Below are positions 37,900-50,870 of a stretch of 64,000 nt of DNA, in pieces. The notes beneath the pieces were generated by a model. The model was not told the origin of the DNA, did no database searches, and saw only the letters and a list, made by a program, of their open reading frames with translations. The position numbers and the translations under genes are program-made. Where the stretch lies: NCBI GenBank assembly GCA_964016885.1, contig OZ024741.1:350734001-350798000 (forward strand), in the 5' to 3' direction. Each line of letters starts with the position of its first letter. The stretch's first letter is position 1. The DNA comes from Eledone cirrhosa (lineage: Eukaryota).

Positions 37900-40800
37900 C
37901 ATCATCATCATCATCATCATTTAACGTCCATGTTCCACGCTTGCATGGGTTTGGATGGGAGTTTTCCCACTTGAGGCAAGAGCGGTTGTCTTGCTCGCAT
38001 TGGACTGTCTGGCAGGTTTTCTACAGCTGGATGCCCTTCCTAACACCAACCACAGTGTGGGACTGGGAGGTTTTAACCGTGTTAGCTACACGGCCACATT
38101 ACAGCGTGGACTGTGTGTTGTTGTTTTTTTTTGTCGTGACACCTACACGACCTCATTTGTTTCGGCCTGGATGTTGTGGCACCAACATAACTTTACATTG
38201 AAAGGGGCGGTGTGGATGGGGTGGTGGGACGTGGTGTATTTTGTTAGAGGTGCCTACTGACTGTAGTAGGTTTTACTTTGTATTTAGGTAAGGCGGGTCT
38301 TCTCTATTACTGAGTACCGCCAAAGATCTCAGTCCAGTGACATTGTCTTGGAGAGGTGTAAGTGTGTGAGGTCGGAATTTATCAAGTCGTCCCAGGTTTT
38401 TCTGGGTCTGCCTACTCGGTGGCTACCGTCTATCTTTATTGCCCTGCACTTTTTTATACAGCTGTCGTCTTTCATGCGCATCACGTGACCATACCAACGT
38501 AGCCTTCTCTCGAGTAAACAACATCTGATCCCTCTTATTTCTAATTTTTCCCTTAGTTCGTTTATGCTTTGCCGTTCACGTATATTACTATTACACATCC
38601 AGCGGAGCATGCAAGCTTCGTTCCTCTCTAGTCTGCGTATATCCTCTGCACACAATGCCCAGGTCTCACTGCCATGCAACATTGCTGTTCGTATGCAGGC
38701 ATCATACAACCTGCCTTTCATTTTTAGGGAGAACCCTTTAGCGGCTAATAGTGGTATAAGCTCTCTGAACTTTTTCCATCCAGTTCTGACTCTAGCTACT
38801 GTACTTTCAGAGCACCCTCCCCCACTGCTGATTTTGTCACCCAGGTAACGGAAGCTGTCCACTATTTCTATAGAACCCTCTGCGCAGTTGAAGGAGCTAG
38901 TATTTTGTGGGAACTTGCTGCTACTTATTGCACCAGAGCACCGGCCACATGTAAAATCTATGTTCTTAGTTAGCTTACCTGTGATCCCACTACATCTTTT
39001 ATGCACCCATACTTTGCATTTGGGACATAAAATGGAGTTTCTACCTACGCCTTTCCTACACACTGAGCATTGCCATTTCCCGGAAGGGACCGGCGCCTTA
39101 TTTTCTTTCCTACAAACTAGAACTTTAGTCTTAGCTAGGTTAATTTTAAGGCCTTTTGATTCTAGGCCGTGCTTCCATGTTTGGAATTTCTTCTCTAGCT
39201 CGGTCATTGATTCAGCTATGAGCGTTAGATCATCTGCGTATAGGAGTTTCCATGGGCAGCCGGTCTTGAACTCCACTGTTATAGCCTGAAGGGCAATAAT
39301 AAATAGTAGGGGGCTAAGAACAGAGCCCTGATGAACACCAACTTTTACGCTAAACCCTTCACTATATTCGTTGTTAATTCTAACCTTGCTGACTGTTTCT
39401 TTATACATGGCTTGTATAGCTCTCACAAGCCATTCATCAACGCCTAGTTTTCTGAGAGCCCACCAGATAATGGAACGGGGGACTCTGTTGAAGGCTTTCT
39501 CCAAGTCGACAAAAGCTAAGTATAGGGGTTTACTTTTAGCTAGGTACTTCTACTGTAGTTGTCGTACAATGAAAAGAGCGTCTGTGGTACTTTTGCCTGA
39601 CACAAACCCGAACTGCAATTCTCTCTCTGATTAGTTGCGCTATTACTTTTTCTGTGACCTTCATGACCTGGTCGATTAATTTAATGCCTCTATAGTTACT
39701 CCTATCTAGGGCATCTCCTTTACCCTTATAACAGTTAATGATGATGCTGCTACGCCAGTCCTTCGGAACAACCCCATTCTGTATGACTTGGTTTACTATC
39801 CGGGTGACCATGGTGTGTCCCACCGTTCCAGAGGCTTTCAGCATCTCAGCAACTATTTCCGAAGGCCCAGCCGCCTTCGTATCTTTGATTGCCTTACTTA
39901 TTATACCACCTTTGACTAACACTGCTGGTCCCTCTATTGGGTCGATGTGGGGGAGACTGTCTTTCTCCCATTTATTCTCCTCATTTAGTAGCCTTTCGTA
40001 GTGACACTTCCAAACTACCTTCTTATCAGCGTCAGTGATGGCAAGTACGCCATCATCATGAAGTACACACTTCTCCCTGACAATATCACGGTTTTCCTTG
40101 ACACATTGCCTAGCAATCCTGAACACCTCACGTTTTTGGTCCTCGCATTGTAGAACATGCTTGAACTTTCTTTCCTCTGCTTCCCTTCTTGCGAAGTACA
40201 CTTGTCTCCTAGCTTCCCTCCTGGCCACTTGATAGTCTTCTCTACTTCCCCCATCCCGCCATACTTTCCAAGCCTGCTTTTTGGCCTTAATTGACTCCTC
40301 CACCTTACTGTTTCACCACCATGTTACTCTCCTCCTGCCTATAGGCCTGCTCCAGCCACAGACTTCGTCTGCCGCCATCAGCAGGTTTGCTTTCAGGAAT
40401 TCCCACTGTTCCTCTATATTGTACGACTCTAAATGCTCTTCCTTACTGTCGAAAGCATCAAGTAATATGCTTTTAAATTTATTTCTGGCTGTGGGGTCCT
40501 TTAGCTTCCATATTTTTCTCCTGAGGATAGTCCTCTTCTGCTGTCGAGTATGTCTCGTCCTGACTATGAGGTCGCTAATTATCAGTCTATGTTGGGAGGT
40601 GCATTCTTCATGGGGGAGGGATTTAGTGCTTACAACAGACACTCTGTCACGTCTTCTGGTAAGGATATAATCTACCTGGCTGGTATGTTCCCCTGATCTG
40701 TAGGTGATCAAGTGATTGTCTCGTTTTTTGAAGTTAGTGTTACAGATAGTTAGGTTATTTGCATCACAGAATTCCAGGATTCTGGAGCCTTCCTCATTTC

Positions 40801-41450
40801 TAGTACCAAACCCATAGCCTCCGTGGATTCCATCATAGCCGTCACAATGTTGTCCAACGTGACCATTTAGGTCGCCAGCAATAATTATATAGTCACTGTC
40901 GGTTATTTGGGAGGTAGTGAGCATCAGTGTCTCATAGAAACTGTCTTTTATAGCGCCAGGCAGTCCGGATTGGGGCGCGTACGCAGATATTATCGTCACA
41001 GTAGTTCTATTTAGAACAAGTCTTATTTTAATTATTCTGTCATTTACTCTATTTACGTCTATTATCTTATCCACCCATTTTTCTGCTAACATGATTCCTA
41101 CCCCACCCAGCCCATTGTCATTTCCCACCCAGAAAAGCTTATAGCATCGTTTTTTACCCACAATGAATCTAGCAGACCCGCCCCTCCACCTGGTCTCTTG
41201 GATACAGCAAACATCAACCTCCTTGCGTTCAAGCATTTCTACAACCTCGTTAGAGCGGCCTTTTAAGGAGCCTACATTCATGGTACCAACTCTGAAGTTT
41301 TGGATTGCGTTTGGTGGGTGGGGGTGCAGGGAGGGGTGAGGTGGATGGGGTTGGGGTTATGTTGGCCATCCGCGGCCGCAACAAAGAGGAGGGGGCCTTG
41401 CCCTTTCGTCCGGCAGCATGAGGTGAATTTGTCGTTATCTTTGGCATTGT
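37900..41450 (-). mobile_element. Near full-length RTE-clade LINE (APE, RT, PHD-like finger, 3' UTR with (TGA)n tail)
   Basis: APE: MNVGSL, CCIQETRW, ISAYAPQ, AGDLNGHVG, SQVDYIL, SQHR. RT: DLEKAF, GVHQGSVLSPLLF, YADD, FRYLG. The tail is RRLRWYGHV. About two frameshifts. Confidence 0.93.
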
Positions 41451-42059
41451 CTTCGGGTGTCCAGATTCTTCAGACTCTCCAGAAATTCCCTAGTTCATCC
41501 ATCATATCGAAAAGCAACCAGAAGTGATAGCATAGGCCGTTGACCTGTGATTGGTCCAAATAATAAGGTGGAGAGCGGGAGGGAGGGGTATGGGGTAGTT
41601 TGCGAGGAGCAGACTTATTTATATTTGGTTGGCAGGGAGTGAGAGGGAGTGAGAGAGCGACGTATATGATAGAGAGAGGGTAAGAGGCGATTTGAGCGGG
41701 CCGAGAGAGAGAGGCCATTTCTATGAATCCTGGAAAAAATTTTCGGCCAAAATGGTTGCAGGAAGATTATTTAGAACAACGTGGAGAAGATTTTTAGAAC
41801 AGTGAGACAGAATTATAGAAAGACAATTATGAATACGATTTTTTGATTCTGGGAGATTATTGATATATAGATGAATGAACCGAAGGGTGGAGAGTTGAGA
41901 AGAAAATGAAATATGTACGTTACATTTCTTAGAAGCAGACTGACCGACCGACCCATCATAATAGTTGACAAATTCTGAGTTTTGTCCCCCGTAACAAGAC
42001 TTATTTATATTTGGTTGGCAGGGAGTGAGAGAGCGACGTATATGATAGAGAGAGGGTAT

Positions 42060-42452
42060 AGACATCCAGCCCACACTGTAAAGTGATCATGTAGGTGTCA
42101 CAACAAAAAGCACCCAGTCCACACTGTAAAGGGGACGTGTAAAATACACAGCAAAAAGAACCCAGCGCATGTCAATGTGGTTGGCGTTAGGAAGGGTATC
42201 CAGCCATAGAAAACCAGCCCAAAAAGCACCAAGCCCACACTGTAAAGCGGACGTGTAAAAGACATGGTAAAAAGCACCCAGCGCATGTCAATGTGGTTGG
42301 TGTTATGCAGGGCATCCAGCCATAGAAAACCAGCCAGAAACACTCCTATATGAGTGAGATACAGTCACCCAACCCAATTTGCCTGTAAATGGGACAAACC
42401 CATCTAACCCATGCTAGCGAGGAAGATAGACGTTAATCGATGATGATGATAT
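42060..42452 (+). mobile_element. RTE-family 3' UTR/SINE tail with internal duplications
   Basis: aaaagcacccagtccacactgtaaag, gttggcgttaggaagggtatccagcc and acccatgctagc..gacgttaa..(tga)n. Also seen at 5640, 36700, 49670 and 52345. Confidence 0.65.
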
Positions 42453-42704
42453 AAAAATGTGTGTGTGTGTCCATAATATATATGTGTGTGTATACATATA
42501 CAGATATATGCATGTACATATACATATATATACAAATACATACACATATATATATATGTATATGTGTGTGTTTTTATATATATATATATATGTATACATA
42601 TATATATAGTGTCCGAAACTTTAAGACTCTCTCTCTCTGCTATTTCAAGTGTTAAATTAATATATTTCTTCCATGTTCTGTGCCGTTTGTTTCGTTATTT
42701 TTGT

Positions 42705-42746
<42 letters not shown>

Positions 42747-44419
42747 CGTTGTTGTTTGATTCATTGAGTTGAGCCACAAGTTAATAAAGAACAGTTAGCA
42801 AGCATCAATGGGATTCCTGTAATGAAATGATGTCAACTTTTAGAATAAATTTCTAACAATAATTGATGTTATTTAGATATGATGGTAGATTGTATTATAT
42901 ATAATAAAGTCATAAGAAAGCATGTGACATTGTTTTGGGGAAAATAGTTGAAATGTTCTTTATCTCTTGTATGAAATATTTCTCATAAAAGACACTATTT
43001 CAATAAACTAATTAAAAGGATTATCAGTGATTCTGTAAAATTACATTTTCCACTATTAAGTTGGCATTTAGAACATAGTTTAACAAAAGGTTCTTCAATG
43101 AAATTATAATTTAAATATGAACACATTAAAATTATTTTATGGACCAGCTTGTTCAACCTGTGCCGATGAAAATGAACTTGAAAATGTTTACTTAAAAAGG
43201 AAATACAGAAAAATAGGGAAAGAGAAAAGAGCCCAAATCAAGGGCAGAAAATCTTAATAGTCTAGGGGACACAATTTGACTGAAAAAATGCGAACAAATA
43301 CTAAATTAGTTAATATATATATATGGGAGGGCTAAAGAAAATCAATAAATTAAGAATGGGGAAATACATAAATCAGTATCAAGGGGGCTAGTTCTTTAAA
43401 AAGTACTGAGAAATGTGAGAACATCGCAAGCAAAATTCTGGTATGGTACCATTGTAGTAACTGGCTTTAATAATTATATTCAAACTCTCCCTACAGACTT
43501 GGGTTGCTCTATATCTTGGATATCTATTACTACTATGTGTATGTGTGTTTGTATATATATCATCATCAAAATCATCCAGCAGCCTCAGCCGAAATTGACC
43601 TCCACGTGGGTCTGTCATTCATTGCTGCTGCCAAATCCTGGATTTCAACACCAGAATCTCTGGAGATGACATCGGGATAAGAGAGCTTATGCCCCTTGTT
43701 ATTAGTGACTGCTTGGGGACACAGCCTCATAGGTGGCATGATGGCAGTGGCCATCAAATCCTACTCTCCTTTTATGTACAATGACAGACATGCGTGTGAG
43801 GCCGGCATATATTTCTTATAAAATCAGATGTCGCCAGCTTGTGTTCTGAATGCGTCGAAGCAGGCGAGTGTAGGTGCCATCAATACTGATGATAGTGATA
43901 TATGTGTCTGTGTGTGAGTGTATATGTATGTGTTTATGTTTACTGTTTGTTTGTGTCCCATAATTTAGCAGTTTGACAAAAGAAGATTCAAAAATAGGTA
44001 CTGAGTTTAATAGGATTGACTAAATCCCTTCAAGACAGTTCTCTGGCATGGCCACTGTCTAATGACTGAAATAAGTAAAAGAATTAAAAAAATAAGAACT
44101 TATTTTCTTGTAGAGAATAAGAAAATGACCACTCCCTTCAGCTGAAAAGTGCTTTAGTCATGGTCAACAGTCACTCTAAAGTTAGTAACTCAAGTAGCAC
44201 TACTCCTTATCAGCAAGGATAAAATGCACAAAACACAAACCCAATAATTACAAATGAAAACTCATACCAGATCAGTAATTGCCCAGGTTGTCAATGGCTA
44301 TATTCCCCAGAAAAGAACCAGAATGGGGTTGAAAAGTCAGCTACTAGTAAAAATCAGGACCTACAGGCATCCCATAATGGAATGTTCCAACAGATGATGC
44401 TCCATGCTCATCATCAAAT

Positions 44420-45000
44420 AATTAAAAGGTAAAGGAATGAAAAATGGTTCAGGGAAGATAATAAAAGAAGTCCTCAAAGCTTTCTATAATGCCATATACT
44501 TTCCCACAGACGAATTTAATACCGAACAAACATATCTAATTGGAAGAGAGAAACATCCTGGAATAAAACCCTACATAGATAGTAACAAGTTTGTTAATGT
44601 CAAAAGAAACATTATGAGAAAGAAATTACTGACCGATTTAAAGATTGACCAGATTAAACGATCAGTTAGGAATAAAGGGAACGAAAATGAAACTAATGAA
44701 GATAACAATGAAATAATTACAGACCAATCTACCACTTATGAAAATGCAAGATTAATAGAAAGAGTCAATGAAGCTGATAAGTAAATTGAAATACCTCTTG
44801 AGCTAGCCACAAATACCAAGGAAATTGAAAATCAAACAGATATTAAAAGTCCAATAGAAATTGACCCAGCTAAACTAACTGATCTGAAGAAGAATCAAAT
44901 CAGGATTGAATGGTTAAGGAAACCAATATAGATGAACATGACACTCTTCCAAAAATTCACAATTCTAAGCAAAACTTGAAGGTAATTGGTAAGATTCACA
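44420..45000 (+). pseudogene. Probable N-terminal remnant of an R4/Dong-like element
   Basis: KEVLKAFYNA..P..Y.I.RE.HP..YIDSNK..NV.R.I....LT...I resembles N-termini of such elements as I recall them; moderate support only. Confidence 0.4.
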
Positions 45001-45139
45001 TTGCCCTTAATCCTTTAGCATTTACATTACTCTATATTTACTATTGTATTTTCACGATAAACACTTTACATCACATAATATCGAATCTATGAGATTTTGA
45101 TATTTATTTTAAGAACAATACCTTAACACATTCAATGTG

Positions 45140-46000
45140 AGAGTTGAACTCTGCCAAGGGTACGCACCTTTCCCATTTATAATTTTCCTGAACAGGATTA
45201 ATATGTGCAACCAGATTGGAAGTGGTGTCAAGATTGACAGGTGTAGGATCAGTTAGTTGGAATTTGCAGATGGCATGATATTACTTAACCCGCCAGAAAG
45301 TGATCTCCAACTTGCCGTTGGTAGGTTTGATGCAGAGTGCTGCATGGCTGGAATGAAAATCTGTGCTACAAAGACTGAGACATCCATCCTCTCAAGAAAG
45401 CCTGCACAGTGCACACTACATGTGAATGGATTTCCACTGCAGCAGGTGGAGAAATTCAAGTATCTTGAGGCCATATTCATGAGTAATGGAAGATAAGAGG
45501 CTGAATTAAGCGTTAGAATTGCAGGAACTGGTGCAGTAATATGCCAGCTTCAGCATTCAGTAATCAGAAGGGAGGGAGCTGTAAAAGCCAAACTCACTGT
45601 CTTCAATTTAGTATTCATACCAACCTTTAACTATGATCATGAATACAAGCAGCCAAAATAGGGTTCCCCCAGTTGGTCTTGGAGTAATGTTACTTGATAG
45701 AGTGCATAGCTCAGATATCAGAGTTGATACTTATCTGCATTGAGAGATCACAGCACTGATACTACAGACATGTGGTTAGAATATCTCAAGAAAGAATCAT
45801 TGGATAGATTATATGGGCAAAACCAACTGGCAGGAAACCGAGGGGTAGACGCTGAGCAAGAGGGTTGGATAACATCCATGAGCTGAGCTGGTCTCACTTG
45901 GTGATCCGGCTCGATCAATTAGAGATGGTTGCTTCTGACAAGATCCGCTGGAAAGAGTGTTTGAGGACTCTGCCCCCACAACCCTTCCAGGAATAAATGG
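45140..46000 (+). pseudogene. RTE (Expander/Rex3-like) LINE 3' remnant
   Basis: FADG..L..SDLQLAVGRFDAEC..AGMKI..KTE..L.QVEKFKYL, with downstream GRKPRGR-like and LPPQP-like ends. Confidence 0.75.
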
Positions 46001-46059
46001 GTGGGAGGAGAAAGAAGAGAAGGAGGAGGAGCTGATCTTTGAATGAACCTTAATAATGA

Positions 46060-46270
46060 TTTCTACTATAGGCACAATGCCAGTAATTTGGGGGAAGGGA
46101 TGTTGATTAAATCGACCCCAGTACGTTACTGGTGCTTTATTTTATCGACCCCATAAGGATGAAATTCAAAGTTAACCTCGGCAGGATTTGAACTCAGATC
46201 ATAAAGGGTTGTAACTCTATGCTGCAAAGCATGGCGTCCGACCCTCTACTGATACTGCCAATCCACCACC
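46060..46270 (-). mobile_element. tRNA-type SINE with TSD
   Basis: Same family as 9622. Flanked by a ttgaatgaacc(t/a)taataat duplication. Confidence 0.82.
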
Positions 46271-46687
46271 CTTGAATGAACCATAATAATAATAATGACT
46301 CGAACAGAATACCCACACAAAATGCACACCTAATATAGCTGATAAAATAAAATAATACAAGTTACACAACATTTACTCTACAAAATTAATACCTAATAGA
46401 ACAACACAACTCACATTACACAAACCATACACAATAGAACAAACACACAAAACAAGCTAAATCCCCGTACCAAAACAAGACTGCTGCAGTACAGGAGGAG
46501 GTCTATTACTATTCCTTTACCCAGCAAAATAAAAACAAAATGCTGCCCACACTTCAAGAATAGAATGGTTCACCTAGTGGTGCATTAGAAATTGTCAAAG
46601 AAATAATAACAACATTTTTACAAGAATAACTTTAATACAAAATAACTTTAATTTAATATACATAAAAGTCCAGAGACATGAATTGTA

Positions 46688-46920
46688 GATTAGTTAGGTA
46701 AATAGGTGGGTAGGTAGCTAGATAGGTAGGTTGGTAGTGGGTAGACCAGTATGTAGGTGGGTATATAGGTGGATAGATAGGTAGGTAGGTTGATGGGTAG
46801 GTAGTGGGTATGTGGGTGGGTAAATAGATTAGATGGGCAAGTAGGTAGGTGGATAAATAGACTGGGTGGGTAGGTAGACATGTATGTGGGTCAGTGGGTA
46901 AGTAGATAGGTTGGTAGGTG
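46688..46920. repeat. Degenerate (GGTA/GGTG) tetranucleotide microsatellite
   Basis: Visible tandem array. Confidence 0.8.
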
Positions 46921-47136
46921 TTGTGTGCTTAAGAGTACAAAACAGTATATCTGTCAGTTGCAAGGTTGCTACAGGTACTCATTTTCAGTTGAGTGCACTG
47001 AAGCCATGTGAAATGAAGTGCCTTGCTCAAGGATACAAGGTGCTATGTGATATGAGAACTGAACCCAATACTATAACCACTAGGCCATGATACTTCACCT
47101 ATATATTTAGTAGAGTTAAAATATGGTCTTTAAATC

Positions 47137-47995
47137 CTATTTCTTCTCCTTAAATGATAGCTCAAGTTGTGCAATGCCAGCATCTAGTGATGCTAAGCCA
47201 TTTCGGAAGTTCACTATATCTGCATTCAATGAAGAATCTGTATTGAATGTGTACTGAGATAGATTTAAAGATTTATCATCATCATCTTCATCATGATCTT
47301 TATAATCAACTTCACCACCTTTGCCTTTCCCACCAGAATCACATTGAATTTCTTTGGCTGCTGAAGAATTTTCTGCATTCTTTTGGATAGATTTAAAAGG
47401 GAATGGCTGAGCCCTATCAGCCATATAACTGCTGTGATAGCTGTTGTCATCACCAACAAAATCATTCAGTGCTTTTGATCTGGGATATTTCTGAAAATAA
47501 GCACTGATGCTGGCTCTTGAGTCATTACCAGTTTCCACTTTGTTCTGAAAGTCAAAGGAATGTTCTAGATGATCGCTGAGACAGAAGATATCTCTGTCAG
47601 GCCTCGGCTGTTGGTCATTATCTTTCAAAGCACTGGGGATTTCAGTTTTACCCTGACAGCTGTTAAGTTGGTTCTGTGGATCAGTTAATTCTCTGTGTAT
47701 GGACACAGAAGAATTGGGGACATCAAAGTCATTTACACTGACATCTGGTTGCTGATTGTATTTAGAAGAGCTAACAAGAGTGCTTGTACTTCTAATGGAA
47801 GATGTCTCTGAGAGACTGGTATTAGCAGTCTTTGTTTTCAGCAAAGCTTGCAAACTTTGGTTAATAGAATCTTCAGGAGTAGATTCCTTTGGTGTAACAT
47901 TGGATGATTCCTCTCTGCCTGTAGCAACATTCGAAAACACTTGCTGCAACTCTCCTAGTGACAGTCTTGAATCAGAATGAGCATCCAGTACAGAG
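47137..47995 (-). CDS. CCDC14: Terminal coding exon of a host gene, CCDC14-like (coiled-coil domain-containing 14)
   Basis: ~286 uninterrupted codons after a strong acceptor (cttctgttttcttattcag). The exon is Ser/Asp-rich and ends NFRNGLASLDAGIAQLELSF, recalling the vertebrate CCDC14 C-terminal motif DFRNGLAALDANIARLQ (from memory, not searched). Confidence 0.72.
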
Positions 47996-48894
47996 CTGAA
48001 TAAGAAAACAGAAGAAAATAGTGGTAGTGAGTAGAAATTAATAATTCAACATTCCAAACTTTAACAACATGGATAGCAGAAACAATCATCATCATTTTAT
48101 GTCCACTTTCCATGGATTGGACAGATCCGAGGCTAGATTGGTTGGAAAGCCACATCTTACACTTACATTTCATATTTAGTGTGATTTCTATGGCTAGATG
48201 CCATCCTAATACCAAACACTTTATCAACCCCAGTACTTATTTTTCAAGCCTGATACTTATTTTATCAGTTTCTTTTTGTCAAAATGTGAAATAACAGGAT
48301 ATAAACACTCACTCACAAATGTAAATACAGGCACATACATATATATGAGAGAGAGAGAGAGAGATTCATAGAGAGACACAGGCAGACAGAGAGAGAGAGG
48401 TGTCTGTGGAATTTCTGAGAAATGAGGGTGGGGATAAGCATACATCCCAGAGTAGTAGACAGCTGCCAGTGGTTAAGATGTTTTGAGAGATAGAGAGAGA
48501 AACATGTCTGTAGAAGTTGAGGCAGCACGGAAAGTAAGCACCCAAGTATAGACAGCCACCCCATCCCTCGTCCTGGGAGGGGGGGGGGGGAGAGTTCTGA
48601 GAACAAGAGAGAGAAAGGAAGAGTAGCAGTACATGTCACTTCGCACTCCAGAGTTTTTTCTCTTCTTTCTAAGCCCCACATCTACAAATCGGGGACTTCT
48701 CCCAGATGTCTTAGGATTTTAAAACAAAATGAATTTAGGCAAGCATCTACACACCATCAAGCCAGTGTGTAAACTTCTACACAACTGCTCAACTTGCTAG
48801 AAATATCAACACAATCTCCCTCAAATCACACACTACCTTCTGAACTTTTCACATCCTATAAGGATTTTGCAGAAATTATCTAAAAATAGGTTTG

Positions 48895-49395
48895 TTAATT
48901 CAAATATTTATAGTATCTTTACTAGTGAACAGATTGTTGTGAAAACTTACAGTATTAGCATAAAAACATTCATTTTTAATGTAATGAATGCAGTCATAGT
49001 TCTATTTTGTACTTTTGAAAAATGTTTTGCTGATGTGGTTTCTTAATTGAAATGATACAATACTTATAGAATCTTTACTAGTGGACAGATTGTTGTGAAA
49101 ACTTGATATATTTGATTAAGGACTTTAATTTTTAGTGTGATGTAGTCATAATGCTGTTCTGTACTTCTTTAAAATGTCTTGTTAATGTGGTTTATTAAGT
49201 CAAAAGTTTATAGTATCTTTACTAGTGAACAGGTCATTGTGAAAATTTGTAGTAAACTAAACATTTTATTTTTTAATGCAATGTAGTCATAGTGCTATTT
49301 TACACTTGTCAAGAAAGTCTGGCTGATATGGTTTGATAATTCAAATGTTTATATCATCTTTACTACTGGACAGATTGTTGTGAAAATTTATATTG
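48895..49395. repeat. ~148-bp degenerate tandem repeat, about 3.5 copies
   Basis: atctttactagtg(a/g)acagattgttgtgaaaa recurs near 48915, 49071, 49215 and 49357. Confidence 0.8.
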
Positions 49396-49669
49396 GGTAG
49401 ATGGAAAAAACTCCCTATTTGAAATTTTTAATAACTTTATTAATTATTAGTTGATTTTCATAAAACATGTTTTATTTTAAACAGTATAATGGTAGAAGTA
49501 CCATAAAATTCTACATTGGTACCGGTGTTACCCACCTGTGTTTGTAATCATCTAGGTATATCCTAAACTGATTTCATCAGGAACTCAGGCAGTATGTTGG
49601 TCTGTACATGAAGAATGTGTTCCTCTAATTGTGTCAGAGCTTTTGGTTTTGAGCAATAAACTTCTTTTA

Positions 49670-50092
49670 GTGCCATGACAAAAAGCACCTAGTCCACACT
49701 GTAAAGTGATCATGTTAGTGACATGATAAAAAAGAGCCCAGTCTACACTGTAAAGTGGTCATGTAGGTCACATGACAAAAACAGCCCAGCCCACACTGAA
49801 AAGTGGTTGTCACGACAAAAAACACCCAGTCCACACTGTAAAATGGCCATGTAGGTGCCACGACAAAAATCACCCAGCTCACACTATAAAGTGGTAATGT
49901 AGGTGTCATGACAAAAAGCACCCACTATACACTCTAAATGTGGTTAGCATTAGAAAGGCCATCAAGTCATAGAAACCAAGCCAAAATCAGTTCTATATAA
50001 GCAAGACACGGTCATCTGACCTAATGTGTCTCGAGGGATAACTTGTCTAACCCATGCTAGCATGGACAAATGGACGTTAAACAGTGATGATG
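49670..50092 (+). mobile_element. RTE-tail/SINE with a ~48-bp unit amplified about 6 times
   Basis: catgacaaaaagcacccagtccacactgtaaagtggtcatgtaggt repeated, followed by the family tail. Confidence 0.7.
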
Positions 50093-50130
50093 ATATATAT
50101 GTGTGTGTGTGTTTATGTATATATATATAT

Positions 50131-50526
50131 GAATATAAGTATGTATACGTACATACATATATGTATACAGATGTACAGTAGTATGTATATACATACATAC
50201 ATGCACACATATATATATGTACGTATGGGTTTACCGAACATTTATTATAATGTTTGGTTTGTTTGTAAACAAACAGCCCGAATTAAGCCGTACAGTGTTT
50301 GGCAACCATCGTTGCCCTTTTGTTCAACACTGACAAAGGAACGATGAACTAGTTTCTAGCTTGTTAGCTGTCATCAGCACCGTATACCTTCCTGTCAATC
50401 GATTGAACATTATAATAAATGTTCGGTAAACCCAGACGTACATATATATATGTGTGCATGTATGTATATACATACTACTGTACGTCCGTATACATATATG
50501 TATGTACGTATACATACTTATATTCA
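50131..50526. mobile_element. Inverted-repeat cassette (~120-bp arms) enclosing a hammerhead
   Basis: 50131-50254 is approximately the reverse complement of 50406-50525. The 150-bp spacer contains an HHR and the flanks are TA/TG microsatellite. Confidence 0.75.
50341..50383 (-). ncRNA. Minimal hammerhead ribozyme
   Basis: Reverse complement reads acggtg-CTGATGA-cagc(taacaa)gcta-GAAA-ctag-TT-catcgt. Confidence 0.78.
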
Positions 50527-50616
50527 AGTATCAGCCGTACTAAGAGTGAGAAATGAAATTTCATTTTTTCCATTTATATATATATATGTGTCTATATATA
50601 TGTGTGTGTGTGTGTT

Positions 50617-50671
<55 letters not shown>

Positions 50672-50870
50672 ATCTGTGTGTGTGTGTAGATAATGATGAT
50701 TAGAGTCATTTTCAATAGTGTTTTTTTTTAAATATAACTTTTGATCACATGACAAAATGACTTAATGACGATGATGATGATGCAATCATAAATGCCATGC
50801 CAATGATATTCCATATGATACAAGATTTTAAAAGTTAACGGCTACTTTTCCATGTTAGCATACATTAGAT

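Noticed and set aside
49530-49585. Minus-strand CTGATGA plus hairpin, or an extra host exon
   Set aside because: GAAA is missing and stem I is absent. I could not establish a clear open frame with an acceptor.
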